Below, piece after piece: positions 10,316 to 20,480 of a stretch of 64,000 nucleotides of DNA (positions are counted from its first letter, which is position 1; every line of letters starts with the position of its first letter). The position numbers and the translations under genes are program-made. The DNA is from Candidatus Kapaibacterium sp. (lineage in GTDB: Bacteria; Bacteroidota; Ignavibacteria; Kapaibacteriales; UBA2268). The stretch spans positions 3,424,001 to 3,488,000 of the forward strand of contig OY762428.1 in the NCBI GenBank assembly GCA_963665665.1, written 5' to 3'. The notes under the pieces were generated by a model that saw only the letters and a program-made list of their open reading frames with translations, ran no database searches and was not told the origin of the DNA.

Positions 10316-11050
10316 ATGGAGATAAAAATGTTAACAAGAAGATCATTCCTTAAACTTGCAGGTTTCGGCACAGTAGCTGCCGGGGCAGGCGTTGCAGCGG
10401 GAAATCTGATGAATAGCTCCGGATCCGCCAGGTTTTACACCCTTTACGGCTTCCTTCCGGAAGATGATAAGGCAATAAAAGGTGCGGTTTCTGCTTTCAA
10501 ATCAATGCTGCCGGGTCAATTCAGGAACAGCGGGGTAAATATCATAGCTGATGAAAATTATTCTAGGTTGATTGCAAGTCAGTTCGCTAAGGATAGAGGT
10601 AATATTAGTATCAGAGTAAAACATATCAACAGCCCTGTACTATCTGATATTATCGCTGCTGACAACCAAAATTCAATATACAGGCCTGAAAATTTCAATA
10701 TTCAGATTGCATCTCTTAGAAATTATGTAAGAAACAAGGAAGCCGGATTGCTTTTCTCGGCAGAGTTCAGAGAAACAAATATTATCAGCAATCTTTTTGG
10801 GGGAAAATATAATGCTGTAATTGAAAATGAAAACGGCATGATGGACATTATTCCTCTCGACAGAAAACCGGTTGATGTTGCTATTACAGGCCCTTCCGGA
10901 AAATCAATAGTAAGAATTGGCGATGGCAGGGCAGCTATGAAATCTTCAGTTTGCAGACACAGGATTTGCGAACTTCATTCTGCATCATTACCGGGAAATA
11001 TTATTGCATGTGCACCCAACCGCCTGATGATAAGGATCGAGGCTGCATAA
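10316..11050 (+). CDS. Tat-exported protein with C-terminal NusG domain II-like (DUF1312) domain
   Basis: TRRSFLK twin-arginine motif; C-terminal SVCRHRIC...IACAPNR Cys pattern typical of stand-alone NusG-II proteins. Confidence 0.7.
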   Translation: MEIKMLTRRSFLKLAGFGTVAAGAGVAAGNLMNSSGSARFYTLYGFLPEDDKAIKGAVSAFKSMLPGQFRNSGVNIIADENYSRLIASQFAKDRGNISIRVKHINSPVLSDIIAADNQNSIYRPENFNIQIASLRNYVRNKEAGLLFSAEFRETNIISNLFGGKYNAVIENENGMMDIIPLDRKPVDVAITGPSGKSIVRIGDGRAAMKSSVCRHRICELHSASLPGNIIACAPNRLMIRIEAA

Positions 11051-11051
11051 T

Positions 11052-12041
11052 TTGAAAAAAGCGTTTAAATATATTGTTACCGGGATAGTTTTTTTTGCTA
11101 TTGGCTTTGGTGCTTACAGGGCATTTACGGTCAGTAACGACAACTTTAGCAGAACAGCCCTTATGCTTGGTACCATTGTGGAAATACAGGCAAAACCCGG
11201 AAATAACAATATTCAGGAAGCAGTTGATTCAGCTTTTTCTGAAATAAAACGCCTTGATAAATTGTTTTCAGCTTATGATTCAACAAGTCCGGTTTACAGG
11301 ATTAACGACAAATGCATCGGCAGCATTGATATTAGCGAATATCCGGAAATCTATCATTTGATAGAAAAAAGTATGATGCTCGGAATGATAAGTTCCGGGG
11401 CTTTCGACGCCGGCATCGGAAATATCACAGATCTGTGGGGCTTTAATAATCAAAAGGAGAAATCACTTCCTGATTCTTTAAATATTACGGCAGCCATGCA
11501 AAACAGCGGAATTGCCAATATTGTTCTATCAAAAGATAACTTAGTTAAGAACAAACCGATAAAACTCAATTTCGATGCAATTGCAAAAGGATATGCAGTT
11601 GATAAAGCCTGGGAAGTTCTTACTTCTTTTGGAATTAATAATTTCCTTATAAATGCCGGTGGAGAGATCAGAGCCAACGGCCGGGACTGGAAGATTGGAA
11701 TCAAACATCCGAGGAACCAGGGAATGTTGTGTTCTGTTAATCCCGCGGGAATGGCGCTGGCAACATCCGGCGATTACGAGAATTACTTTTTTGCCGGTGG
11801 CAGGCGATATTGTCATATTATTAATCCGGAAACAGGATATCCGGCGGATCAATGCCAGAGCGTAACTGTGATATCCCGGGATGTAATGACAGCCGACGCA
11901 CTGGCAACAGCTGTTTTCGTACTCGGCTCTGTTGACGGATTAGCTCTTGTAAACCAGATGGACAACACTGAATGTTTGATTGTTGATAAAAATGGAAAAC
12001 TTATAAAGTCTGACGACTTTGAAAATTACATTCGGAGATAA
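11052..12041 (+). CDS. apbE: FAD:protein FMN transferase
   Basis: DAIAKGYAVD, NAGGE, ATSGDYE, HIINPETG, ADALATA. Confidence 0.95.
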   Translation: MKKAFKYIVTGIVFFAIGFGAYRAFTVSNDNFSRTALMLGTIVEIQAKPGNNNIQEAVDSAFSEIKRLDKLFSAYDSTSPVYRINDKCIGSIDISEYPEIYHLIEKSMMLGMISSGAFDAGIGNITDLWGFNNQKEKSLPDSLNITAAMQNSGIANIVLSKDNLVKNKPIKLNFDAIAKGYAVDKAWEVLTSFGINNFLINAGGEIRANGRDWKIGIKHPRNQGMLCSVNPAGMALATSGDYENYFFAGGRRYCHIINPETGYPADQCQSVTVISRDVMTADALATAVFVLGSVDGLALVNQMDNTECLIVDKNGKLIKSDDFENYIRR

Positions 12042-12044
12042 ATT

Positions 12045-12857
12045 ATGGAATCGGATTTTTTAATTGCGATACTTACCATGGGCGGCCTCGGATTTATATT
12101 TGCCGGCGGCCTGGCCATTGCTGATAAAAAACTAAGGGTTGAGGAAAACCCGATGATAGGAAAGATAAATGATATTCTTCCGGGAGCCAATTGCGGAGCT
12201 TGCGGATATGCCGGATGCTATGACTTTGCCGTGAACCTTGTTGAAGGAAAGGCGCCTGTTACCGGATGCCCGGTTGGGGGTGAAGATACTACAATAGAGA
12301 TAGCATCAATGATGGGGCTTGAAGCAGGATCTGCTGTAAAGATGTATCCCAGGATACTTTGTTATGGCGGGCAAAAGGAAGCCATTCAGAAAATTGCTCA
12401 TTATTACGGACCTTTGAATTGCTCCGCCATGGAAATTGTTTCGGGCGGAAACAAACTTTGCAATTACGGATGCCTTGGCGGCGGTGATTGCGTTACAGCC
12501 TGTCCGTTCGGAGCTATGATAATGGGTGATGATATGCTGCCGCAGGTTGTTGAAGAACTTTGCACCGGTTGCGGGCTTTGTGTAAAAGCATGCCCGAGGA
12601 ACATTATCGAAATGCACCCCGAAGACCGGGAAGTATTTGTATTCTGCAAAAATCACGACGATCCGAAAACAGCCAAGAATCTTTGTTCGGCAGCTTGTAT
12701 AGGATGCGGCATCTGTGCCAGGGGTTCCGACGGCGCTATCAGGATGGACCGCTTCCTTCCGGTAATAGATTACGACAAGCTGAATCCGGATATTATTCCT
12801 TATGAAAAATGCAAAACCAACGCAATAAAGAGAATAAATACAAAGGTGGAAGCATGA
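12045..12857 (+). CDS. rnfB: Rnf subunit B
   Basis: LPGANCGACGYAGC, CPVGG and several ferredoxin Cys motifs. Confidence 0.95.
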   Translation: MESDFLIAILTMGGLGFIFAGGLAIADKKLRVEENPMIGKINDILPGANCGACGYAGCYDFAVNLVEGKAPVTGCPVGGEDTTIEIASMMGLEAGSAVKMYPRILCYGGQKEAIQKIAHYYGPLNCSAMEIVSGGNKLCNYGCLGGGDCVTACPFGAMIMGDDMLPQVVEELCTGCGLCVKACPRNIIEMHPEDREVFVFCKNHDDPKTAKNLCSAACIGCGICARGSDGAIRMDRFLPVIDYDKLNPDIIPYEKCKTNAIKRINTKVEA

Positions 12858-13282
12858 TGGAGAGGGAAAGCCTGAAAGCATCTGGTGTTGTTATCTCATC
12901 GGAAAACGGCTATGCAGATGTAGAAATAGTTACCGGATGCAAAGGCCACAGCCATTCAACAAAGATATTCTGCAGCGGCAACTGCGCAACCAAATCTGTT
13001 GTCAGGGTTAAGGATAATATTGGTGCACAATGCGGACAGATGGTTCAGATATGTGTAGGTGGCGACCGGCTTATGAAAGCTACTATTCTCCTTTACGGAA
13101 TCCCACTTATATTGATTGTGGCAGGAATTGTACTGGGAATGTCAATATTCTCAGGTGCAGGACAGCCGGAACTTATGGCCTTTATAACGGGAATGGTTAT
13201 TACCGGCCTTTATTATCTCGGGCTTAATATCTACTCCCGCAAGGGTATGCTGAATGCATCTATTCCCGAGATTGTTTCCTGA
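12854..13282 (+). CDS. rseC: RseC/MucC family protein
   Basis: Cys-containing N-domain, GQMV, LLYGIPL and two TM helices; ATGA overlap with rnfB. Confidence 0.8.
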   Translation: MMERESLKASGVVISSENGYADVEIVTGCKGHSHSTKIFCSGNCATKSVVRVKDNIGAQCGQMVQICVGGDRLMKATILLYGIPLILIVAGIVLGMSIFSGAGQPELMAFITGMVITGLYYLGLNIYSRKGMLNASIPEIVS

Positions 13283-13308
13283 CAGACAAATCAGACAGCA
13301 TTATTACT

Positions 13309-13346
13309 AAAAATCACCCGGCAGCAGAAAGTTGCCGGGTGTTTTT
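13309..13346 (+). terminator. Terminator of the rnf operon
   Basis: cacccggca / tgccgggtg stem plus T tract. Confidence 0.85.
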
Positions 13347-13396
13347 GTGTGTTTTTTTTCAGATACCACCGCCGGCTGTGGACAGATGATTAAACC

Positions 13397-13421
13397 GTAG
13401 GGGCAACACTTGTGGTTGCCC
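13397..13421. repeat. GTAG-type REP
   Basis: GTAG followed by palindrome GGGCAAC-acttgtg-GTTGCCC. Confidence 0.6.
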
Positions 13422-13461
13422 AAAAAGAATCCATCTTCTTCATCCTCAAGCCACATCTTAG

Positions 13462-13562
13462 CCCAAAGCAACAGCAGCGATACAGCAACAAGAAACATTT
13501 GCGGGAATAATAAAGATTGATTAAGTTCCGGCAATCAATAACAATGCGAAAAAGTTTGAGAC
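13462..13562 (+). repeat. Upstream block shared by the two propeller paralogs (copy 1)
   Basis: Matches 27259-27359; the 47-bp core 13496-13542 is identical to 27293-27339. Confidence 0.85.
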
Positions 13563-13646
13563 CAAATTGAATTTGATATGTTACTAACTATATATAAATA
13601 ATACTACCCGATGGTAGTAATGTAAAAACAATTATGGGGCTTTACC

Positions 13647-14924
13647 ATGAAAAAATTCATTTTATTAAGCACGTTCTTATCATTCTTATTTTCTGCCGGG
13701 GCGTTTGCCGGGGAGCAGGATACCTTATGGACGAAAGCATTGTCCGGAGCAACAAATGTGTTCTTCACGCCTGATGACCAATCAATAATTACGAATCGGA
13801 TTAACCAGATTGTTGAATTAGATGTAAGTACTGGGGAAGTTCTAAGGGAATCAAAAAAAATCAGGTCTTCTTTTGTTGAATTTGAACTATCATACTCAGG
13901 CAACTATATTTTTATACTTCACTATAATCAGGACTATGTATCACTTGTTAATTATAATGATTTTTCAATTAAACAGGCAATTAACCTCAAAGATTCGAAC
14001 TGGTTGCCACATTCGATAGCCATTTCAGCTGATGACAACAATTTAGCAATTGGTGTTCATGATTTAGTGAAGAAAGTTAATTATATTCTGGTTTATGATT
14101 CTGAAACGGGTAAATTGATAAAACGTTTGGAATCTTCGCAGGTAACCCGATATCTAAAATATTCCCCTGATGGAAAATACCTTGCTGCAATATCTGCTGC
14201 TTATGATTTTCAGGATTATCCGGATGATCCTAAATACTATTTGCATTTATACGATGCAAAAACTTATGAATTTCTAAGAACATTGGATTATACTAAATCG
14301 CATACAGAAAAAATTAATTGTGTAAATTTCAGTAGGGATAGCAAATATCTAATGGAGAGCTGTGGATTGAAGAAATCTCAAGTTTGGGATTTAATAACAT
14401 TTGAAATAACACAGGAGTATCCTTTCGAAAATAATACTTTTGGAATCAAAATTACAAATAATAAAAAATTTAGTTTGTTAACATCTCTTGATATTGGGCA
14501 ACTATATCTTTATACGTATAATAATATTGAAGAGAAAATTGTGTATAAGTATCCTGATAGGATAGCAAGATTTAATTTAAGTAATCAAGAAGATTATATT
14601 ATAGCTAATATGGGTGGATATTTAATGCTGCTCGTACCATATTGGGAAATGAATAGTATATTTGATGATAAGCAAGAAATTCTATTGGATATTAGTTATA
14701 AGAATCAACTTTTAGCTATAAAATTTGAATCAAGTACCTCAGAAAATAATGAAATAACTATCTTCGATAATTCCGGAGTAAAGATAAAAACATTATACTC
14801 TGGTTTTTCACGAGAAGGCTTGAATATGATTGAAGAACAATTAAAACTTGCTTCGGGTATCTATCATTTGCAAATGAAGATAGGAGAAAAGGAAATATTC
14901 GAAAAATTTATCGTGGTTAACTAA
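13647..14924 (+). CDS. Secreted WD40-like beta-propeller protein with T9SS-type C-terminal domain (paralog 1)
   Basis: Signal peptide; SPDGKYLA and FSRDSKYL blades; C-terminal IFDNSG...LASGIYHLQ...KFIVVN. Confidence 0.8.
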   Translation: MKKFILLSTFLSFLFSAGAFAGEQDTLWTKALSGATNVFFTPDDQSIITNRINQIVELDVSTGEVLRESKKIRSSFVEFELSYSGNYIFILHYNQDYVSLVNYNDFSIKQAINLKDSNWLPHSIAISADDNNLAIGVHDLVKKVNYILVYDSETGKLIKRLESSQVTRYLKYSPDGKYLAAISAAYDFQDYPDDPKYYLHLYDAKTYEFLRTLDYTKSHTEKINCVNFSRDSKYLMESCGLKKSQVWDLITFEITQEYPFENNTFGIKITNNKKFSLLTSLDIGQLYLYTYNNIEEKIVYKYPDRIARFNLSNQEDYIIANMGGYLMLLVPYWEMNSIFDDKQEILLDISYKNQLLAIKFESSTSENNEITIFDNSGVKIKTLYSGFSREGLNMIEEQLKLASGIYHLQMKIGEKEIFEKFIVVN

Positions 14925-14990
14925 CCCCGCCTTCGCTTTCAGCGCTGACAGGTTCAGGATTGAAAGCGGCGGCTGTCCCTCAACTCAACC

Positions 14991-15027
14991 ATCATCAAAT
15001 TCAAAATCCAGGTGCTTTAGCGCGTGG
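14991..15027 (+). repeat. 37-bp direct repeat, left copy
   Basis: 35/37 identical to 17041-17077; an inverted partial copy lies near 16789-16812. Confidence 0.8.
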
Positions 15028-15061
15028 GTAATAATGCCTTGACCGAAATCAAAGCAAGAAA

Positions 15062-15258
15062 ACCACCCCTTTATTCCCCTCCTACTTTAGGAGGGGATAA
15101 GAACTTAAATATCAAGGAATTAACTCCCCATCCTTCCGAAGGAGGGGGCCGGGGGGATGTAGGAAGGGGCAGCGGCATTTCACCAATATTCGAAGATATT
15201 GCCGCCCTGTTCTTCTTCAAAGCCCTCTCCTTCGGGGAGGGTTTGGGAGGGGTCAGAG
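15062..15258. repeat. Cluster of GC-rich palindromic elements (family 4)
   Basis: tcccctcctactttaggagggga, tccttccgaagga and ccctctccttcggggaggg hairpins. Confidence 0.7.
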
Positions 15259-15259
15259 G

Positions 15260-15763
15260 TATTGAACTCTTGTTTGCACCTATTGCAGCAATGTTTTGCT
15301 TTATTGCCGCCTTGGTCGAAGTTAATGCTGCCCTGTTTCAAATCATTGTACTGATGTTTGAAGTTATTGCCGCCTTGTTTGAAGCTATTGCAGCAATGTT
15401 TTGCTTTATTGATGCCTTGTTCTGAGTCATTGCCGCCTTGTTCGAATCCATTGCCGCCTTGGTCGGAGTCATTGCTGCCTTGGTTGAAGCCATTGCAGCA
15501 ATGTTTTGCTTCATTGCTGCCTTGTTTGCACCTATTGCAGCAATGTTTTGCTTCATTGCCGCCTTGTTCCAAATCGATGCACCGATGTTTGAAGATAATG
15601 AACTCTTGGTCGACGCTATTGTATCGATGTTCAGAAGCAATGCACCGATGTTTTGCTTTATTGCTGCCTTGTTTGAAGTCAATGCAGCAATGTTTTGCTT
15701 TATTGATGCCTTGTTCGAAGTCTTTGCTGCCTTGTTTGAAGGCATTGAACTCTTGTTCGGAGG
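15260..15763. repeat. Degenerate 21-bp tandem array A (24 units)
   Basis: Units such as tattgccgccttgtttgaagc and tattgcagcaatgttttgctt in exact 21-bp register. Confidence 0.9.
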
Positions 15764-15780
15764 CAAAGAACATGTTCAAT

Positions 15781-16011
15781 AAGGCCAAACAAGCGTGGGA
15801 TGAGGCCAAACAAGCGTGGGATAAAGTCAAACAAGCGTGGGATGAGGCCAAACAAGCGTGGGATGAGGCCAAACAAGCGTGGAATGAAGTCAAACAAGCG
15901 TGGAATGAAGTCAAACAAGCGTGGGATGAGGCCAAACAAGCGTGGGATAAAGTCAAACAAGCGTGGGATAAAGTCAAACAAGCGTGGGATAAGATCAAAC
16001 AAGCGTGGGAT
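15781..16011. repeat. Homogeneous 21-bp tandem array B (11 units)
   Basis: gaggccaaacaagcgtgggat / aaagtcaaacaagcgtgggat units (xxKQAW[DN] if translated). Confidence 0.95.
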
Positions 16012-16245
16012 GAAGCCAAATTTCACTACATTAAGGCCAAACAGTAGTTCAATACCTCCGGCCAAGGCAGTTTAAAGTCCTGCCAACAAAGCATTTAGCC
16101 CAAACATCAGGATTCTGGTTCAAAACAGCGTTGAAATAAGGAAATTAACCGATTCAATGAAACCACAGGATGGGGAATTAAGGCCGGCGGCCTGTTCATT
16201 GGGGTGGAAGAACGGGTAAACAGAGCAAAAGAATGAGGTGTTATG

Positions 16246-17030
16246 TTGTCATTCCCCGACACGTCACCGAAAAATCGGTGCAGGCAGGGGCAGGCTTCCG
16301 GAGCTTGCGACCGAAGAATCCATCTTCCTTCGCAGATGATGTATGAAGAATGGATACTTCGCTTCGCTCAGTATGACAATACACAAACTATAATAACTTC
16401 AATCGGAAAAAGAATCCACCCCAGCCTGTCCCGACGTGTCGGGAACTCGCTGCGCTCGCCACCCCTCAACGAGGGGAATTAACTCTCTGATAATTATGAA
16501 TGTAGTATATTCCCCTCCAATTGATGGGAATTTTTATAAAACCAGCCATCCCGAAAGCGGCGTAGCCGCGACATTTTTGTAGAAAGACGAATCCGGAAAG
16601 GACAACAGCCCCTTAGGGGCGACATTGGCAAAAGATTGTGTCGCTCCTACGGAGCTTTGAATAATCGTTATGTAAATATTATCTACAAAAATTCCGCTCC
16701 TACGGAGCTTTTTCACTTCTTCCGAAGGATGTGCCCGAAGGGCGGGGTGGTGTAAAATACTTTTAGGATGATGATTTATTGATTCCCAACCACGAGCTAA
16801 AGCACGTGGCTATTTTTAAGCACAATCTGTTACTGATTTTTAAAAACTGAGCCCCAATTCTTAATTTCCCTCCTTCCCAAGTTGTACTTGGGAATGAATT
16901 TTTCCTGCAAAGTTCAACTTTGGAATAGAGAAGCTCAGCTTAAAAAGAAAACTGCATTACGAAGTACAACTTCGTAATGAGGGGGAATGCATAAAGAATG
17001 GATTCTTCGCTGGCGCTCAGTATGACATTC
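16246..17030. repeat. Mosaic of REP-like palindromes (copy 1)
   Basis: Family 1 arms, cgctcctacggagc twice, ttcccaagttgtacttgggaa and cattacgaagtacaacttcgtaatg; blocks recur at 31260-31700. Confidence 0.8.
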
Positions 17031-17040
17031 CAGCCTAATA

Positions 17041-17077
17041 ATCATCAAATTCAATAGCCAGGTGCTTTAGCGCGTGG
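17041..17077 (+). repeat. 37-bp direct repeat, right copy
   Basis: 35/37 identical to 14991-15027. Confidence 0.8.
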
Positions 17078-17092
17078 ATAAAGATGTCCTGT

Positions 17093-19231
17093 TTATATCA
17101 ATACTGATTTATACATATTCAGGAAATATTCCTGGGAACTGAAAGGCTCCTTGCCCTTTTCGGGCTGAATCTTTTCATAAACTCCACTGTTTGTAAGTTT
17201 CCATGCTTTGCTGTTGTCCGACCAATATATATCAAGTATATCCCTTAGTTTTTCCCTTATTTTCAGATCATAAATCGGGTACATCAGCTCGACACGCTTG
17301 TGCAGGTTGCGGGACATCCAGTCGGCGCTTGAAAGATAAAATTCTTCGTCGCCGCCATTCTTGAAATAAAAAATCCTGCTGTGCTCCAGGAAGCGGCCAA
17401 TTATACTTCGAACTTCAATATTTTCGCTTATACCCGGAATGTCAGGTTTCAGGCAGCATATCCCCCTTACCAGGAGCTTGATTTTCACACCTTTCTGCGA
17501 GGCACGATATAAGGCAGGTATTACCTGCCGGTGTACCAGTGAGTTCATTTTAGCAAATATCATCCCCGGGTTTTCAGGTGTGCTGTTTGCAATTTCTCTT
17601 TCAATCTTTTCCATAATATTCTGATACAAGTTAACCGGGGCCATAATAAAGTGTTTCCAGTCCTGATATCTTGAATATCCTGTAAGATAATTGAACAGGT
17701 GAATGGCATCCATACCAAATTCAGGCCGTGCCGTAAAAATAGCACAATCAGTATAGATTCTGGATGTTACCTGATTATAGTTCCCTGTTGACAGGTGTAG
17801 ATAAGTTCTGAGTTTTTCGCCTTCCTGCCTGACAACCACACATATCTTGCAATGAGTTTTAAGGCCTATCATGCCATAGATAACATGCACACCAACTTCT
17901 TCAAGCTCTTTTGCCCATATAATATTATTAGCTTCATCAAAGCGTGCTTTCAGTTCAACAAATGCAGTAACGTCCTTCCCATTTTCAGCCGCACGTTTCA
18001 ATGCTTCTACAATCGGCGAATTTAAACCTGTGCGGTAAAGTGTTGCTTTAATAGCCATTACCTGCGAATCATTAGTAGCAGTTTCAATAAACTTTAATGT
18101 GGAATTTGTAAAGGAATCATAGGGATGATGGACAAAATGGTCTGATTCTTTTATAGCATCGAAGATATTAATTGATTCCTGCTGAAATTCCGGCAAAGGC
18201 CTTGTGGCGAATGGCTGATCTTTCAAATGACGGACTTCTAATTTAGTCAGTTCCATAAAATCCGGTAAATTCAGGTGGCGCTGGTGAACATAGACATCGT
18301 CCGGTTCTATTTCGAGTACCCGTACCAATAATTTCACCAGGTATTCCGGCATATTTGCGCTAACTTCAAGCCTGACAACAGCTGTTCCCCAGTTCCTGTG
18401 TTTTATCTGCTCGGCAATTTCACTCAAAAGGTCGTCAGCCTCATCCTCGGCAATCTCAATATCGGCATCCCTTGTAACCCTGAAAGTATTTGATTCGATA
18501 ATCTCAAGCCCGGGGAAAAGGATATCTGCAAAAGCTTTAATAATTTGTTCCTGCAAAACAAAATGGTGGCCGTTCCTTCTTCTTAGCCTGACAAATCTCG
18601 GCAGCATTACAGGAAGCTGAAGGAAAGCAATTTTATCTTCTCTCAGGTCGCTGGCGGGATCGCGCAGCACAAATGCCACGTTCAGCGAACGATTGATCAG
18701 GCGCGGGAAAGGATGTGCCGGATCAAGGCTTAGCGGGGTTAAAAGCGGAAGTGTATTTTCGCAAAAATAATACCTTAAGTGGTCTTTTTCTTCTTCGCTT
18801 AATGTATCAAATTCGTGAATAATAATATTTTCATTTGCAAGCTCCGGAAATATCTGTTCATCAAGTAATTTCCCCTGCCATTCATACAAGGGCAGAAGAG
18901 TTTTCCGTATTTCTTTCAATTGCTCACGGGGCGTCATTCCGTTGTAAGAAAGCTCAACAACATCCGCGGCTATCTGGCCTTTCAATCCTGCCACACGGAT
19001 CATGAAGAATTCGTCCATATTTGAACTGAAAATGGCTGCAAATTTCAGTCTTTCAAGCAAGGGATGCTGATTTCCTTCGCATTCTTTTAGCACTCTTTTA
19101 TTAAATTCAATAAGGCTAAGCTCGCGGTTAAAATAATATTCCGGCGATTTCAGATCAAGCGGTTTGTCTTTAATTATATCTGGTTCCATTTTATTGTCAT
19201 TATCTTTATAATTATATTTAATTACTATCAA
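17093..19231 (-). CDS. ppk1: Polyphosphate kinase 1 (true start may be ATG 19189)
   Basis: NRELS, SSNMDEFFMIRVAGL, HPFP, HHPYDSF, ELKARFDE, KTHCK, GRFLEHSR. Confidence 0.97.
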   Translation of the reverse strand: MIVIKYNYKDNDNKMEPDIIKDKPLDLKSPEYYFNRELSLIEFNKRVLKECEGNQHPLLERLKFAAIFSSNMDEFFMIRVAGLKGQIAADVVELSYNGMTPREQLKEIRKTLLPLYEWQGKLLDEQIFPELANENIIIHEFDTLSEEEKDHLRYYFCENTLPLLTPLSLDPAHPFPRLINRSLNVAFVLRDPASDLREDKIAFLQLPVMLPRFVRLRRRNGHHFVLQEQIIKAFADILFPGLEIIESNTFRVTRDADIEIAEDEADDLLSEIAEQIKHRNWGTAVVRLEVSANMPEYLVKLLVRVLEIEPDDVYVHQRHLNLPDFMELTKLEVRHLKDQPFATRPLPEFQQESINIFDAIKESDHFVHHPYDSFTNSTLKFIETATNDSQVMAIKATLYRTGLNSPIVEALKRAAENGKDVTAFVELKARFDEANNIIWAKELEEVGVHVIYGMIGLKTHCKICVVVRQEGEKLRTYLHLSTGNYNQVTSRIYTDCAIFTARPEFGMDAIHLFNYLTGYSRYQDWKHFIMAPVNLYQNIMEKIEREIANSTPENPGMIFAKMNSLVHRQVIPALYRASQKGVKIKLLVRGICCLKPDIPGISENIEVRSIIGRFLEHSRIFYFKNGGDEEFYLSSADWMSRNLHKRVELMYPIYDLKIREKLRDILDIYWSDNSKAWKLTNSGVYEKIQPEKGKEPFSSQEYFLNMYKSVLI

Positions 19232-19287
19232 TTAATCATTTTTCGTGCCAAAGAATATCCAATTATCTCATGGCTAATAATTGATTA

Positions 19288-19295
19288 CAAAGTTA
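19288..19295 (-). promoter_or_regulatory. Bacteroidota-type -7 promoter box upstream of ppk1
   Basis: TAACTTTG on the minus strand matches TAnnTTTG. Confidence 0.45.
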
Positions 19296-19331
19296 TTGCA
19301 GAGATTGTAATATCCAAATTTTATTTCAATT

Positions 19332-20480
19332 CTACTTCACTTCCCTGATATGAACTTTGGATTTCTTATATTCATAATGATTAAGCTCTTCGACTTCATT
19401 GGGATTGAAATTAATATCGTCTGAATATATCACTTCGTCGCCGTCTTCCCTTACCCATCTCGTTTCATGAAGCCCTGCGCCGGTCTCTATTTCACCTGTG
19501 TATGGATTTTCATATTCTTCCTGTCCGGTTAATGTCAGGTACATATCATTCTGGATGATTTCGTTGGTTTTTTGCCTGTGTTCGGTTATCTCCCTACCAA
19601 TGCGAATTATTTCCTGTGTGGTTTTCAATGCTATACCTGCCCTTTTGGACTGGCCTTTTATTTCCTTTGTAATCCAATCTGTATTCATTTTCAGGGATTT
19701 TCCGATATTTGCAAATAATGGTTCCACAGATTTTAATTCTCCTTTTGGGGCGCGAACGGACACAGTAAACCTGTTCTTCCACATGCCGGCGGCGAGCGGC
19801 CCCATATCCATTATTGCTGTAATAAAGTTTTCTTCATACTGCCGGCCCTTTTCTGAATAAGTTACCGATATCATTGCGGCATCATATTTGAAACCCATAT
19901 CGAAAAGCAGCTTGACTTCGTTCCTGACTGCGGTTGCAAGTTCAGGCAGTTTCTTTTGTTTCACAATTTTAATTCCTGTAGCTTTAGGCCTGGCATAGGG
20001 TATTACTACTTTTTGGATAAACATCTCAGGCGACATAAGCGGCATAACAGTCATTCCGTTGTAATTGCTGCCAACAGGAAACATTCCCATTTGTCCTGCC
20101 GGGCTGTGCGACATATCAAAATAGTTTATCTCCGGGAACCATCGCATCATTGTATTTCCGGATTTGTCCGCTTTGATTGAAAAGTCAAGTTTTGCCTCAA
20201 TAGCATTGCCGGCACCGCCTGCCGCACCAGGATCCACCCGAAAAATTCCGCCGTCCACACTCCAGTCCGAAGGAACAAGAATGCTGAAAGCTTTCTCATT
20301 CGGCTCCCAAACGCGCTTGTAAACATTATAATCCGATGATGATTTAATTGTATTATGTTCATTTGTTGTTTTATTTTCAGATTGAACAGGTTTGTTACTG
20401 TCATCGCCCCCGCATCCCTTGAATGCTGATATACAGGCTGCAAGAAGAATAAATGTAATTAAAAACAAAATCTTTCTCAT
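19332..20480 (-). CDS. Hypothetical exported protein or lipoprotein
   Basis: Signal peptide with Cys (FKGC); CGGGGA RBS; no recognised domain. Confidence 0.75.
   Translation of the reverse strand: MRKILFLITFILLAACISAFKGCGGDDSNKPVQSENKTTNEHNTIKSSSDYNVYKRVWEPNEKAFSILVPSDWSVDGGIFRVDPGAAGGAGNAIEAKLDFSIKADKSGNTMMRWFPEINYFDMSHSPAGQMGMFPVGSNYNGMTVMPLMSPEMFIQKVVIPYARPKATGIKIVKQKKLPELATAVRNEVKLLFDMGFKYDAAMISVTYSEKGRQYEENFITAIMDMGPLAAGMWKNRFTVSVRAPKGELKSVEPLFANIGKSLKMNTDWITKEIKGQSKRAGIALKTTQEIIRIGREITEHRQKTNEIIQNDMYLTLTGQEEYENPYTGEIETGAGLHETRWVREDGDEVIYSDDINFNPNEVEELNHYEYKKSKVHIREVK

Noticed and set aside
15260-16011. CRISPR array
   Set aside because: Units are contiguous 21-mers without unique spacers, and no cas genes are in the window
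15024-16075. Overlapping ORFs in several frames as real genes
   Set aside because: A stop-poor 21-bp repeat opens most frames; none has a convincing RBS or domain, so no CDS was called (coding is not excluded)
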